DNA from: Mesotaenium endlicherianum
Lineage: Eukaryota
Assembly (NCBI GenBank): GCA_009602735.1
Contig: WELA01003517.1
Coordinates: 643,473 to 707,472, forward strand
Reading direction: 5' to 3'
Length of the DNA: 64,000 nt
Under the pieces are notes generated by a model, which worked only from the letters and a program-made list of their open reading frames with translations, was not told the origin of the DNA and did not search any database. Positions 24,382 through 35,997 of the stretch are shown here, one piece after another. A program made the position numbers and the translations under genes. How positions within the stretch are numbered: position 1 is the first letter of the stretch; every line of letters begins with the position of its first letter.

Positions 24382-26660
24382 AGACAAATTATGGAGAATT
24401 TATAAAAAAATGTCGGAATTATGTACATGGAATTATGGAATATGGTATTATTACATCACATGGTAATGAAAGTAATACTCAACTAATGACTATGAAAGCC
24501 TATACACTGTCGATGTATGATGCAAAGTTAATCTAAATGACCTCACATATGCGAGCACTTTAAACTGTGAAGTACGACGCTATTACTCACATGGATCATC
24601 ATCAGAGAAGTATTTTGGCTCCTCTACTAGGGGCCATGACTCACTATCTAGTGCATCCTCTTCAGGATTCTCAAAAGCACCCTACTCTGCTTGAATGTAA
24701 GCCTCAATGAACCTCCCAGGCACAGGGGCTTTACCAGCACGCCTCTTGCCTTCCAATAGGTGAATGTTAGAATGGACCTTAACCAACTTCTCAGCTCTAA
24801 TCTGTGTTAGACGGTTCCGCTTCTTGTTATGCACAAAGTCATACTCAGACCAGATACGCTCATAAGAGCTCGCTGACGTACACAGGCCTAAGACCTTAAT
24901 AGCAAGCTCTTGCAGCTCAGGATTGCTAGAACCATACTCATGCCACCATGCAGGAGCACTAAATTCTGTGCATTCATCATCAGCATCTGGAGCAGCAAAG
25001 CTGCCTGATTTAGCCTGATACATCCTCACCTGCTCCGTTATGACCTTTCTGTCAGCCTTATGAGGCACCAAACGCTCCAAAATCAAATTCCACCCAGCCT
25101 TAACCTCTTTCACACTATGCTGGGCATGGTCCTGGTATTGAGGGTGCAAAACATAGCCAGCTGCGTGCATAGGTGAGTGAAAAAAGTCCCACCTATCTTG
25201 GACAAGGTCCACAAAGAAGTTCCTCTCCGCAGCGGTAAAGCCAGGAAGCTTCTTGATGAACTTCACGTAGTCACACAACTTACACCACACCTGCCCAATG
25301 ACAGGCTGGACCCCGTCACATAGTCGAAACAGCTGCACGATTGGCTCCGCCAACTTGATGATCTTCTCCACTTGCTTCCAGAAGACGGGGTCGTTGATGC
25401 ATTGAGTACGCTCGTTGCACTTCGCATACTCATCAAGAGAGAGCTTGTCCTTCCACTGGGTCCAAGCATCTCTGACCACCATGCACTTCAAGCCCTCTTT
25501 CACCTGCAGTATCATGAGGAACACAGATGTAGCCCACTATTAGTGGCAACAAGGAGAAGCACTACAACACAATTGGGACAAAATATAGCAATAGAGAGTG
25601 AGAGACTGAGGAGAGAGAGAGGGAGAGAGGAGAGAGAGGAAAGAGCGAGCCAGCAGACCAGCAGACCAGCAGAATAGCAGAACAGCAAACCTGAAAACCG
25701 GCGAACAAAGCAAGCAAGAGTGAGAGAGGGGGAGAGAGATAGAGAAGAGAGAGAGAAAGGAGAGGAGAGAGAGGCAGCAGACCAGCAGACCTGCAAACCA
25801 GCCAAGAAAGCAAGCAAAGGAGAAAGAGGGGGAGAGAGAGAGAGGAGAGAAAAGAGAGAACCAATAGACCAGCAGACCGGCCAAGCAAGCGAGCAAGAGA
25901 GAAGAACCAGCATACCAGCAGACCTTAAAACCAGCCGACAACTTGGGCAAGAGAGAGAGAGGAGAAAGAGGAGAGAGAGGAGAGAGAGGACCAGCAGACC
26001 ACCAGACTTCGAAAGTAGCCAAGAAATTGAGCAAGAGGGAGAAAGAAAGCCAGAGAATGGAGAGGAGAGACTCCGAAAGAGGGAAAAAAGAGGAGATAGA
26101 CAATGAGCAGACCTGCAGACCAGACCAGAAAGCGAGCAAGGGAGAGAGGAGAGAGAGAGGAGAGAGGAGAGAGGAGAACCAACAGACTAAACAAGCAAGC
26201 AAGCAAGGAAGAGGGAGAGAGGGAGGGAGAGAGAGAAGAGAGGAGAGAGAGAACCAGCAGATCTACAGAGCCGCCAAGCAGGCGAGCAAGGGAGAGGAGA
26301 GAGAAAGGAGAGGAGAACCAGCAGAGCAGCCAAGCAAGCAAGCGACAGAGAGAGAGAGAGGGGAGAGGAGAGAAGTCTAGCATACTTCCTGACCAACCAA
26401 GCAAGCGAGCAAGAAAGAGGAGAGAGAAAGGACAGAACCAACAGAGCAGCCAAGCAAGCAAGAGAGGAGAGAGGAAGGAGAGACCCAACAGAGCGGCCAA
26501 GCAAGCAAGCGACAGGGAGAGAGGTGTCGTGCGTTACGAGGTTGAGTGCGCACCATAGGCATAAGCAACACATCATAGGCAAGCAGGCTTTGCTGCAATG
26601 GAGTCTATAATACATGTGGCGTTATAGCCAAAAAGGGAGTCAAGTCGAAAATGTTTCAAT

Positions 26661-27661
26661 TAAGAAATGTGTACTCTCCAGAGTGAGCACCTCAAGACTG
26701 TACTCTGGTAGGAAAACAACTAATGAAGTATGGCCCAAAAGATCACTGGAAGCACATCTTGATCTTCAGAGTAGTCCTATGGCAAGGGCGTAAGCTGTGA
26801 CTTTGCTCACCACTTGTGAAGTTCTTCGAGTGACTGGAAGCCTGGAGGGCTTGCTCTTCACAAGAGAGTAACTAAGTGGTCCTGAAAACACAAGAGATAA
26901 AAGTGTAAGCTTTACTAATAATCTCTGTTACTTACACCTGGCATAATGAACTTCTAAAAGATGTCTCTTCTAGGGACATCTCTAGTACTTATACTCCTGG
27001 AATTCCGGCGGGGTATGCGGCGGATCCAGTGTATGTAGTCACTCTAGGAGGCTCTCCTATGTTCACTAATGTGTACAAGGCATGTACTAGCACTCCTATA
27101 GGCTAAGCATAACTCAAACCAATCAAAGCAAGGTGCGTAGGATATGCTACGTGGTCCTCATTGGCCGAGCATACCTTGGGTAATTCTACCTACATAGCGC
27201 CTCAAATGTAGATCTGGAAATTAAGGAAGCTTCCTCTAGGAGTAGGTGATGCAGTCACCAAGTTATAGCCTCAATGATGCACATATACTATGGAAATGCA
27301 AAGCTTATGTAGGCTAAGGGGCTCGCGGATTTGTGCGCACAAAGCTTGGGGTCACGAAGAGCCAACAATGTCACCTTTGGGGACATTGAGTCACAAATTG
27401 GGCTTTGGGGAAGTTTCGCTAGGGATCGGTAGGTGACGCGGACTAGATCGCACCTATCTCGCTCGATACTTGACCAAATGACGCGAAATTGGTGTCATTC
27501 GGAAGATGCTTCGACGCGCTACACGTTGGTGACTTGGAAATCTAGAAAAGGTCAACATACGGATGCGTAAAGTCAATGCAAAGTCGGCCTTCCTAGGTTG
27601 ATGTTCCGCACATGTGGAGCTTGGTTTTTATACGACAACCTCGACTCAATAAATCATGACA
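26661..27661 (-). repeat. Split direct repeat X, internal/3' copy (1001 bp)
   Basis: About 97% identical to 35997-36997. Confidence 0.95.
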
Positions 27662-27663
27662 GC

Positions 27664-27799
27664 TGTCGTGCGTTACGACGTTGAGTGCGCACCATAGGCA
27701 TAAGCAACACATCATAGGCAAGCAAGCTTTGCTGCAATGGAGTCTATAATACATGTGGCGTTATAGCCAAAAAGGGAGTCAAGTCGAAAATGTTTTAAT
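27664..27799 (-). repeat. Split direct repeat Y, internal copy (136 bp); second copy at 26525-26660
   Basis: Near-identical to 26525-26660. It is preceded on - by a polypurine tract (G8 at 27808-27801). Confidence 0.95.
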
Positions 27800-27813
27800 T
27801 CCCCCCCCAGCTC

Positions 27814-29292
27814 TCAGCCTCTAGCTGATGGGCTGTGTACGCTGCCTAAGGCTAGCTCAGTGCAGTCTCCGCAGAACCAGTCTCCAGTTGGCACGCGGGC
27901 AAGCGGCGGGTCGAGGCAGCCGATGTGGAAGCCGAGGTTGCAGCTGTTGCAGAGCAGCATCTTGGCCTCCTGGCCAGTGCTGTGACAGATCTGGCACGCC
28001 CAGTCTTTGGGCGGCCGCGCGTTGCGGGGACGGACCTGCAAGTCAAGTTCAGGAAGGTGGCACGGCCCACAGTTCTTCGTGTGGTCCTTGTGGAGACGGC
28101 CATCTGCGCCTTCCAGCTCCAGGACTCCTGACGCCAAGGCACGCTTGACGCGCAGGATGACCGGCGAGCTGCTGGTGTCGAGGGTGTTTTTCGTCTGGCG
28201 TCGCAGGTACACGAAGTCACCTGCGGAAAACTGCAACACCCGCGGATGATAGGATCCTCCACGAGTCATGGCGTACCTCAGTGTGTCGCGATGCTGTGCG
28301 GTGCTGAGGTTATCCATGGCCATGGGCATCAGGCGCCGAAAGAGCTGAGCACGCTGCCCGATAAAAGCACTCCATGTCTCGGGACTGTCCAAGTCCAAGA
28401 CGTTCTCGGCCACAGTCCTGGCTGCTGCTGGCAGGATGGGCTGTCGGCCGTAGAGAAGGAAGTAGGGAGAGTGCGAGGCCAGGGAGGCCTGCTTACTGAA
28501 CCTGTACCCCATCGCCAGCCAAGGGAGGGCGTCATCCCAGTGGGTACGGTCGTGGGCAAGGCAGTACTTCCGCAACCCTAGCTTGACGGTCTGCACCATG
28601 CGCTTGGCGAGGCCGTCAGCCTGAGGATGATCGCGGGAGGTGGTGCGGTGGTCGATCATAGAGCGCTCCAGAAGCTTCTGAAAGCTGCCCTGGAACTCCT
28701 TGCCCTGGTCGGTCAGCACCTCAGCGCAGCCACCAAAACGGCTAAGGACCTGATTGAGGAAGGCCTGAGCGATCCCCTCACTGGCCTTGCTGGGCAAGGG
28801 CACGAGCTCGATCCACTTGGACATGTGCTCAATCATCACCAAGACATAGAGGTTGCCCTGGCGAGACTTGGGCAGCTCTCCAGCCAAGTCAAGCGACCAC
28901 CTGTAGAACAACCCCTGAATAGGAAGGGGGCTGAGGGCGACGGTGCGCGCTGTGAAGCTCGAGCGCACACGGTCGCAGAGAGTGCAGCTGCTGACGACAG
29001 CGGCGACGACCTTAGTCATGCCGTGCCACCAGTACTCGGCCTGAAGAAGACTGAGGGTGTGCTTGACACCGAAGTGCCCGAGGGACTCGTGCACTTGGCG
29101 CACCAGCTGACTGCGTATGGCAGGCTCAGGGACCACCAGGATGGAGCCGTGTGCCATCACGCGCCGCACGCGCCCCTCTATGAAAATGAAGTCGCGGCTG
29201 TGCCTGAGGATGCGATCGCACTCGCGTGCGCTGACATCGGGTGCCATCTCCTTGGCCGTGACGTACTGCAGCACTAGGGCGTCGTCCCACAC
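27814..29292 (-). CDS. DDE integrase with C-terminal PHD finger (pol segment)
   Basis: HHCC motif (HESLGH..CTLC), core WSLDLAG..VLTDQGKEF..HPQADGL, and C4HC3 PHD finger CQIC..CNSCNLGFHIGC..WFCGDC. Confidence 0.9.
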   Translation of the reverse strand: MWDDALVLQYVTAKEMAPDVSARECDRILRHSRDFIFIEGRVRRVMAHGSILVVPEPAIRSQLVRQVHESLGHFGVKHTLSLLQAEYWWHGMTKVVAAVVSSCTLCDRVRSSFTARTVALSPLPIQGLFYRWSLDLAGELPKSRQGNLYVLVMIEHMSKWIELVPLPSKASEGIAQAFLNQVLSRFGGCAEVLTDQGKEFQGSFQKLLERSMIDHRTTSRDHPQADGLAKRMVQTVKLGLRKYCLAHDRTHWDDALPWLAMGYRFSKQASLASHSPYFLLYGRQPILPAAARTVAENVLDLDSPETWSAFIGQRAQLFRRLMPMAMDNLSTAQHRDTLRYAMTRGGSYHPRVLQFSAGDFVYLRRQTKNTLDTSSSPVILRVKRALASGVLELEGADGRLHKDHTKNCGPCHLPELDLQVRPRNARPPKDWACQICHSTGQEAKMLLCNSCNLGFHIGCLDPPLARVPTGDWFCGDCTELALGSVHSPSARG

Positions 29293-29296
29293 GTCA

Positions 29297-30900
29297 TCAG
29301 GGACTGCGTTGCCAGCTGTCTTGATCCTCTGCCGCTGCCAGGGTCAATCGTCGAGTGGTGACGGTCACCATGTCCAAGCTAGTGAGCCCTGCGGGCCACA
29401 CATCGCCGTCCACGGTGAAGGCCAGGAAGGCCGCCGCGTGCCAGGCCACCGGCTCATCCTCATCGTGGCGGGCCACAGTGAGATCCCTCGAGGAGGGCAG
29501 CGGGTTACGGCTAAGACCGTCAGCCTCCAGGTTGGTCGAGCCTGGACGGTGGTGCACGTCGAAGGTGTACTCCTGCAAGATAAGCGCACACCGTGCGTAC
29601 TTGCCGGTCAAGCGCTCCGACGTCATGAGCCACTTAAGTGGCTGATGGTCGATGACCAGGCGGAAGTGCGTGCCATAGAGATAGTGCCTGAAGTGCACGA
29701 TCGCCCAGACCATTGCCAGGCACTCCCCCTCGTAGGAGCCGTAGTTGCCTTCCGCGCGGTTGTTGCTGCGGCTGGCGTAGGCCACCACATGCTCGAAGCC
29801 GTCATGCTCCTGCACCAGCACAGCGCCCAGCCATGCCTGCGACCAGTCGGTGTGGAGGATGAAGGGCTTTGCGTAGTCAGGACGCCGAAGCACAGGAGCG
29901 CTCACCAGCAGCTCCTTGAGCTTATCGAATGCCGCCTGCTGCTCTGGTCCCCACACGTAGGCAACGCCTTTGCGGAGCAAGTCGTTGAGCGGCTTGGCTA
30001 GCTCGCTGAACCCTGGCACGAAGCGGCGGTAGTAGTTGGCGATGCCGAGGAAGGCCCGCAGCTGCGAGAGATCTGTAGGAGGTGGGATGCCTGTGATGGC
30101 CAAGATCTTTGCCAGCTAGGGTGCCAAGCCGCTGGAGGAGAGCAGGTGGCCAAGGTACTCCACCTCGCGGGTCCTAAAAGTGCACTTGCCTGGATGGCAC
30201 TTGAGCCCAGCGGCCTCCAAGCGGTCCACGACAGCAGTGATGTGCGCCACGTGCTCCTCAAACGTCTGACTGAAGACGAGCACGTCATTGATGTAGCATC
30301 GGGCAAAGGACAGCCCGGCAAGCTCCTTATCCATCACCCTCTGAAAGGTAGCTGGCGCGTTCTTCAACCCAAACGGCATCACCACCCACTCGTAGAGCCG
30401 CTGTGCTCCCCAAAACGCCGTCTTATGCTGGTCCTCCTCGGCGATGGGAATCTGGTTGAAGCCCTGACGCAGATCCAGCACTGAGAACCAAGTGCACGTG
30501 CCAATGTCGTCAAAGATCTTGTCAGGCGTCGGCATAGGATATCTGTCCTGCTCGGTGACCTCGTTCAGCGTACGATAGTCACCGCACATCCTCTTCTCGG
30601 ACCAGTTGCCCGAGGCATCCTTCTTGGCTGGCATAACCGTGGGTGCGACATAGCGAGAGGAGGACTCCCAAATGAGCCGACTGTCCTCCAGCTTGCCTGT
30701 CTGCGCGCTGATCAAGCCATCCTCAAAGTGGCTGTAGCGATAACGCTTCAGGAAAATGGGCTCCTGCGACGTGAGAGTAATCCGCATGGGGTCCCCCCTG
30801 TAGTGCCTGAGATCGTGCATGCCGCTGGCAAAGCTGGTGCTGCGCCTCCCGTCCAGCAGTGCCGTCAACTGTGCAGCCTGCGCCTTGGTGAGTGTCTCCC
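29297..30900 (-). pseudogene. Reverse transcriptase + RNase H (pol segment), interrupted by TAG at 30116
   Basis: RMCGDYRTLN..DRYPMP..LDLRQGFNQI..MPFGLKNAPATFQR..CYINDVLVF (YxDD altered to YIND); RNase H FILHTDWS..VAYASR..EGECLA..DHQPL. Confidence 0.88.
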
Positions 30901-31369
30901 CCAGCTTCCATGTCGATGGAGCTGGTGGCGTTGCCTGGCCTGCAGCTGGAGTCTCTTGTCTTGCCGCTGGGGTAGACTGTGGTGCTGCAGGTGTCACCTG
31001 CCTTGCAGCGGTTGGCGCTTGGCCTGCCGCGGGTACCTGCCCCGTGGCAGCTGCGGCCAGCTGCCTGGCACCGTCTGCCTGCGAGCGAGGAAAAAGAAAG
31101 GGTGACCGGGACTCTCTGGGTCGCTGTGAGGACTCCTCTCTCCGCCGTCCCCCCCCAAGCGAACCAAAGTCCTCCCTGCGCGGCGGTGGGGAGGGGGGGC
31201 GCGCGCGCGCCGGCGGTGCAGGCCCTGCGCGCTGAGGATGCCACGTCGTGCCGGGCGGGGCCTGATTGTCATCGTCGGTGGAGTCATCGTCCATATCATC
31301 GGCAGGCCGAGGCAGCTCGGGATGCCGGGCTGCGGCGTAGAGAGGCGCCAAGGCCTGCGTCTGCAGCAG

Positions 31370-32310
31370 AATCCACGTGAGGACGTTGGCGTCGATCGCC
31401 TGCCCCAAGAGGCGAATGCGGTTCACCTCAGTGAGACCGTCCACCTGTGTGAGATGCGGCGGGAAGCCCATGGCACGCTCCATCTTCGCAGGGCGCGGCC
31501 TGTCAAACATGCCAGTCTCCAGGTCGATGACCATCCCGCGCTGATCTCCGACAAAGGCGTCGCTGTCGTAGCGGCTGACAAAAGTCGGCAGCGCGCGAGT
31601 GACGTCATGCAGGACCTCACACTGCGCCACGGAGGGATGTGGTAGTGCAGTCACGCGCTGGGCCATACGAGGGGCATCGAGGATGGAGTCAACGGTGCGT
31701 GGGTGACGTGGATGAGAGGCGGCCAACGCCTCGAGAGTACCTGGCATTGCCAGGTTCGTGAAGTAAGCGCGGACGCGGTGCGCAAAGGAACCAATCTGGG
31801 CAGCGTCGATGACGGCCTCGTGGCCGACGTAGCTGCTGCAAAGAGCAAAGTCGGCGCTAACATTGGGTCGGTGATCGTGGCGCGCGGCCACGTTCTCCAG
31901 GACCCACGCGAGTGTGTGCGGCGGCTGGCGATCCTCAACAATGTTGAGGACGCGGAGCAAGGCCAGAAGAGGGCCGTGCGGGGATCGCTGAGCGCCCTGC
32001 CACGCCCGGCTCTGGAGAAGCCCTGGCACTCCCAACCGGCGATGACGAGGTCAATGGGCCCAAGGCGGGTGACATGCTCGACGGTGATGTCGCGGATGTC
32101 CATGGGCCAGTCTGTCTGAGCGCGGCGGAATGCGTGCGCGGGAAGGAGGTCTGGGAACCGCTCGTGGCACAACGCCATCTGCCGACGGGCCACCTGCTGG
32201 GCCTCAGGATTGGGATCGTTGTAGACGTAGCGGTGCACCGGGATGCCGGCCTCTAAGGTCGCGAGCAACCCGGTGGCGATGCCGGCGAAGAGCTCGACGA
32301 GGACGATGCC
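31370..32310 (-). pseudogene. C5 cytosine DNA methyltransferase domain (DNMT3/DRM-like motifs) inside pol; frameshift near 31960
   Basis: Motif I VELFAGIATG, motif IV DLVIAGWECQGFS, motif VI WVLENV, motif VIII HRVRAYFTNL, motif IX MERAMGFP, motif X RIRLLGQAID. The motifs are split between ORFs 31651-32481 and 30116-32035. Confidence 0.88.
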
Positions 32311-32556
32311 CTGTCGGAGACTAGACATGAGCCGTGTGCGTGCGGCGGCCGTAAATGGGTTGCGACTGGGCGGCCTGCTGTCGGTGCGGGCCACCTTGGA
32401 AGGAGGTGACCCGGAGGGACCGTCGCCAGCGATGTGGCTGCGAGGGACACTGGCGCGCGGAGCTGTAGGGGCCAATATCACAAAATCTGCCTCGGAAGAA
32501 AACTGAGCGTCGTCGCCAGCTGAGAGGGGCCGGAAGGGCAGAGTGCGGCGTCGGTC

Positions 32557-33609
32557 TCAGGTCTCGCCAGTTTGATGCGAGGCGGCGTGAGGGGGCGGCA
32601 GAGAGTCCATACTGTACTGAATGGCCACGCCAACAGGCACGTCGTGGCGAACGCGGACGTCGGTCCTCGCGGACGGCTCGCCGCGAGAGGCCGAGACCCC
32701 CTGATGAGCCGTAGGCGCTGCGGCCGCACCGCGAGCAAGGGCGGCGGCAGCGATGGCTGTGCTGGCCATGGCGAGGGCCTCAGTGGCATCGGCCGCCATC
32801 TGCCTCATCATCGCGCTGTGGGCAGTGCAGATGCGGATCTGCTCCCTGGCCTGGGCTGCCAGGACATCCGCCTGCTGCTGCGGCGTGAGGTGGAGCTCGG
32901 CACTAGGTAGGTCCGGCTCCTCGTCCTGTGGCTTGAGCAGGTCCACCCCCACAGAGATCTCCTTGTCCTTGGGCCCGTCCTTATCGGTCTTGACCACTGG
33001 CCGGCCATCGCCCAGCCCCATGAAGCCATAAAGAGCGAACACTGCAGGGCGGCAATCGACATTATCAAGGGGCAAGGATGCGGTGCGCGTCCCCCCTGTC
33101 CTCCAGTCGGGACGATAGAAGACGCGCTCCGCCCAGTTGTCGGCCGCGGCGCCAATGGGAAAGAGCACGTCTTGCCCTAGGAGCACATCAAAGGACTTGG
33201 AAGGAGTGACGAGTGCGTGCCGATGGATGGTTGTCTCGTCTGCCGTGCCTGGGCGCAGAGTGAACAGTAGCGCCAACCTCGTACGGCTGGCGACGGTCTC
33301 GGACGTGCCGGCGGCGGTGTTAAAGCGCGTCGGAGAGTCCTCCAAGTCGACGGAAGAGAGTCCCAGCTGACGGAAGTAGCGGAGGCTTATGAGAACCGGC
33401 TGCGCGCCTGTGTCGAACATGATGTGCTGCGGCGCCTGGGTGTTGACGAGCACGATCCCCTGCGAATTATCCAAAAACGCGGCATTAGGAGTGCTGATCA
33501 TCCTGCGCTCATGCGCAGAGCGCGCGGGCGTGGATCGCACCGCGGTGGCGGCATCGGCCGTCGACCTCCTGGCGGCGGTGCGCAGCGTGTCTCTGCGCGA
33601 CTGGAGCAT
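32557..33609 (-). CDS. Retropepsin-like aspartic protease segment
   Basis: IMFDTGAQPVLI..FDVLLGQD motifs; flanked by in-frame stops at 33613 and 32557. Confidence 0.75.
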   Translation of the reverse strand: MLQSRRDTLRTAARRSTADAATAVRSTPARSAHERRMISTPNAAFLDNSQGIVLVNTQAPQHIMFDTGAQPVLISLRYFRQLGLSSVDLEDSPTRFNTAAGTSETVASRTRLALLFTLRPGTADETTIHRHALVTPSKSFDVLLGQDVLFPIGAAADNWAERVFYRPDWRTGGTRTASLPLDNVDCRPAVFALYGFMGLGDGRPVVKTDKDGPKDKEISVGVDLLKPQDEEPDLPSAELHLTPQQQADVLAAQAREQIRICTAHSAMMRQMAADATEALAMASTAIAAAALARGAAAAPTAHQGVSASRGEPSARTDVRVRHDVPVGVAIQYSMDSLPPPHAASHQTGET

Positions 33610-33612
33610 CAG

Positions 33613-35948
33613 CTAAGCGGCCTGCCTCGTTGCCTCCATGGCGACGCCGAGCTCTACGAAGGAGACCACCGGCATGCGGTGCAGTGCTAGAGAGATGACC
33701 TCGGCGCTGAGCTGCACCGTCGTCATAGGCAAAGCGAGCGCATGTGGCGTCGGCTCTGCTGAGGTCGTGGAGGGCTCTAGGATGCGGAAGGAACGGGGCA
33801 ACCGCGGTGCCTCCTCCGTCCGGCGTCCCTGGTCTGGCCTGGCGCGCTTATGCGGGACAACGGGCCGACTGGCCGGTGCTACGAGCGTGTGCTCGCGGCT
33901 TGCGCGCCCGACTGCGGAGCGGTTGCCGAGTGGCTGCGCGCATGCGCAGCAGGCCAGAATGGCCGCTGCTGGCGCAGCCGGCAAACCTGCCGCGCATTCT
34001 GCCGCGGGGCCTGTTGCAGCGCCGTGCGCGCAGCTTGCCGCGAGGCCTGCCGCGGGGCCCGTTGCGAGATCTGCCGCCGCGCCTGCCGCGCAGCCGGTGG
34101 CGGGAACTNNNNNNNNNNNNNNNNNNNNNNNNNNNNCAAGGACGGAGAGGGAGGCTGCGGCCGGACCAGCTGTAGCCGTGCACGCCGCCAGGTGCCCCCG
34201 TCCCTGCCTGCCAACTGTCGCTACGCGGGCTGACGGGAGGCCTGCTGGTGCCAGCAGGGAAGCGCAAGCCAGGGGCTCTATCGGGGCCTCGGCTGGCGTG
34301 CGGGCTGGCCCGCGTGCGCGCGAGCTTGCGCCGGGAGATGGCGCAACCGCGCAGTCGTGCAGCCTGCCATTCGGCAGCCTGTTGGGACTCCAGCTGTCGC
34401 TACTGACAGCTGTCAGGGCGGTGCGCACAGGGCTAGAAAAGCTGCTTGTGCGGGCGCCTGCAGCTCTGGCAGCGGGCGCTACGTCGTAATGCGGACGTGC
34501 GCGGGGCTGCGGCGCTGTCGCTGAGCTTGATGTGTGCGCTGAAGCTGTGCGTGCGCCAGCTGTCAGTGCCGTGGCATAGGACGGTGGAGCGGACGCGAGG
34601 AGTGCTCCGCACACGTCATAGTTATTGACGTCGACGAGGCCACGGAGTCTAGCGATTTCCGCGTTGGCCTCCACGAGGGCGTCGCTGACGTCGTCGAAGC
34701 TGCAGTAGTCGGCTCCAGGCATCAATGCGGCGTCCGTCGTGGCCGTAGCTGCTGTCATCGCGGGGCGGCCACCCATACGAGGGTTGCGTGCGCCTCGCTG
34801 TCCTGCTGAAGGCGTAGGGCCGTCGCGAGCGCGTCCGTTCTCGACGTCGCGCTTCTTCTGCAGACAGACGATCTGCAGGTGGCCGGCCTTGTCACAATAG
34901 GTGCAGTCGCCGGGCTTGCCATTCTGCGCGAGAGTGCAGTTCTGGCGTGAGTGGCCCGTCTTCCCGCAGGACCAGCAGGGATCGCTCGTATTGGCAGCCA
35001 TGGCAATGCGGCCACGCGTAGCTCCGCGCTGCTGCGTCTGCTGGGGCAGCTGAGAGCGCCGAGGCTGCTGCTGCTGCGACTGGGGCTGGCGGGCAGGCGT
35101 AGTGCGCGTCGTAGAAGACGGCAGCACTGAGGCCTCCTGGCGCACGCCCGTGGATGCTAAGCCCACACGATTGCTAATGTTGCTCCGTGCGGCGGCCAAG
35201 CTTTGCTTCTCAACGGAGAGGTAGGCCTGCTTCAGAGAATACTCTGAACCGTGGCGGTCGATGAGGGGGACTACGGCCCTCTCCCTCAGACGCGGCTCAA
35301 CGGCGCGCAAGAAAATCTCCGCGGCCTCCCGGTCAGTGACAGTGCCGGCATCGCGGCGGAGGTGCACCAAGCGGCGGTACATCATGCGGATAGTCTGGTT
35401 CTTGCGTCGGAAGAAATGGTGCAGCTCGTACACCTTCTCTTCAGTTGCAGCCTGGAATTGTGTCTTCAGGATGTTCCAGAAGGCTTGCACTGGATCAGCT
35501 AGCAGGGTTGCACTGGTGGGTCACCCACAAGCTCAGTGCGGGTTCGGAGCTCGGCCTCTTTCTCACGGAAGGTGTCGCGGGCCTTGTGCGAGAGGTAGCG
35601 CATAAGCGTGTCGAAGACGTCGCGCTTAGTCAGCGTGGGTGTCTTGAGCTTTGCGGCCGCGAAGTCAGCCTGAAACTCCGAGATGGTATCTTCCAGATCA
35701 CAGGTGCCTGGCCTACCGCTGAAGCGGTAGGCAGACCTGTCAGTCTTGACCTCGTGGTCACCTGCCATGGGATACCAGAAATCGTAGTGAGCCCACTGGG
35801 GAGATGGCTCAGAAGCAACTGCCGTGTGCTGGAGAGTAGGTTGCTCTTCTTCGGCGGGTTCAGTGATAGTGCTGAGATCTAAGTCTGAGTCTTCTCCACT
35901 AACCCCTTTGTAGTATGGCTGATAAGAAAACCCACTACGGGTAGGCAT
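33613..35948 (-). pseudogene. Gag with two CCHC zinc knuckles; frameshift near 35500
   Basis: ATG at 35948 lies just downstream of the primer site; knuckles CWSCGKTGHSRQNC and CTYCDKAGHLQIVC. Confidence 0.8.
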
Positions 35949-35984
35949 ACGCTGAAGGTTCTAATTGCTTGCAGGCAAAGAGAG

Positions 35985-35997
35985 ATCTTTTAGAAGT
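35985..35997 (-). promoter_or_regulatory. Putative self-priming primer-binding site
   Basis: ACTTCTAAAAGAT on - abuts repeat X. It is a perfect 13-nt complement of 36298-36286, which starts 31 nt after the TATA-like box. No tRNA-type TGG PBS is present. Confidence 0.7.

Noticed and set aside
20654..26615. Many long Leu/Ser-rich or Arg/Glu-rich ORFs (also 36929-38040, 40398-41106, 49871-50256)
   Set aside because: They are translations of low-complexity CT/GA repeats lying in introns or polypurine tracts.
33610..33615. Programmed stop-codon readthrough between gag and protease
   Set aside because: The copy has several other in-frame stops and frameshifts, so a C-to-T lesion is equally likely; a family consensus is needed.
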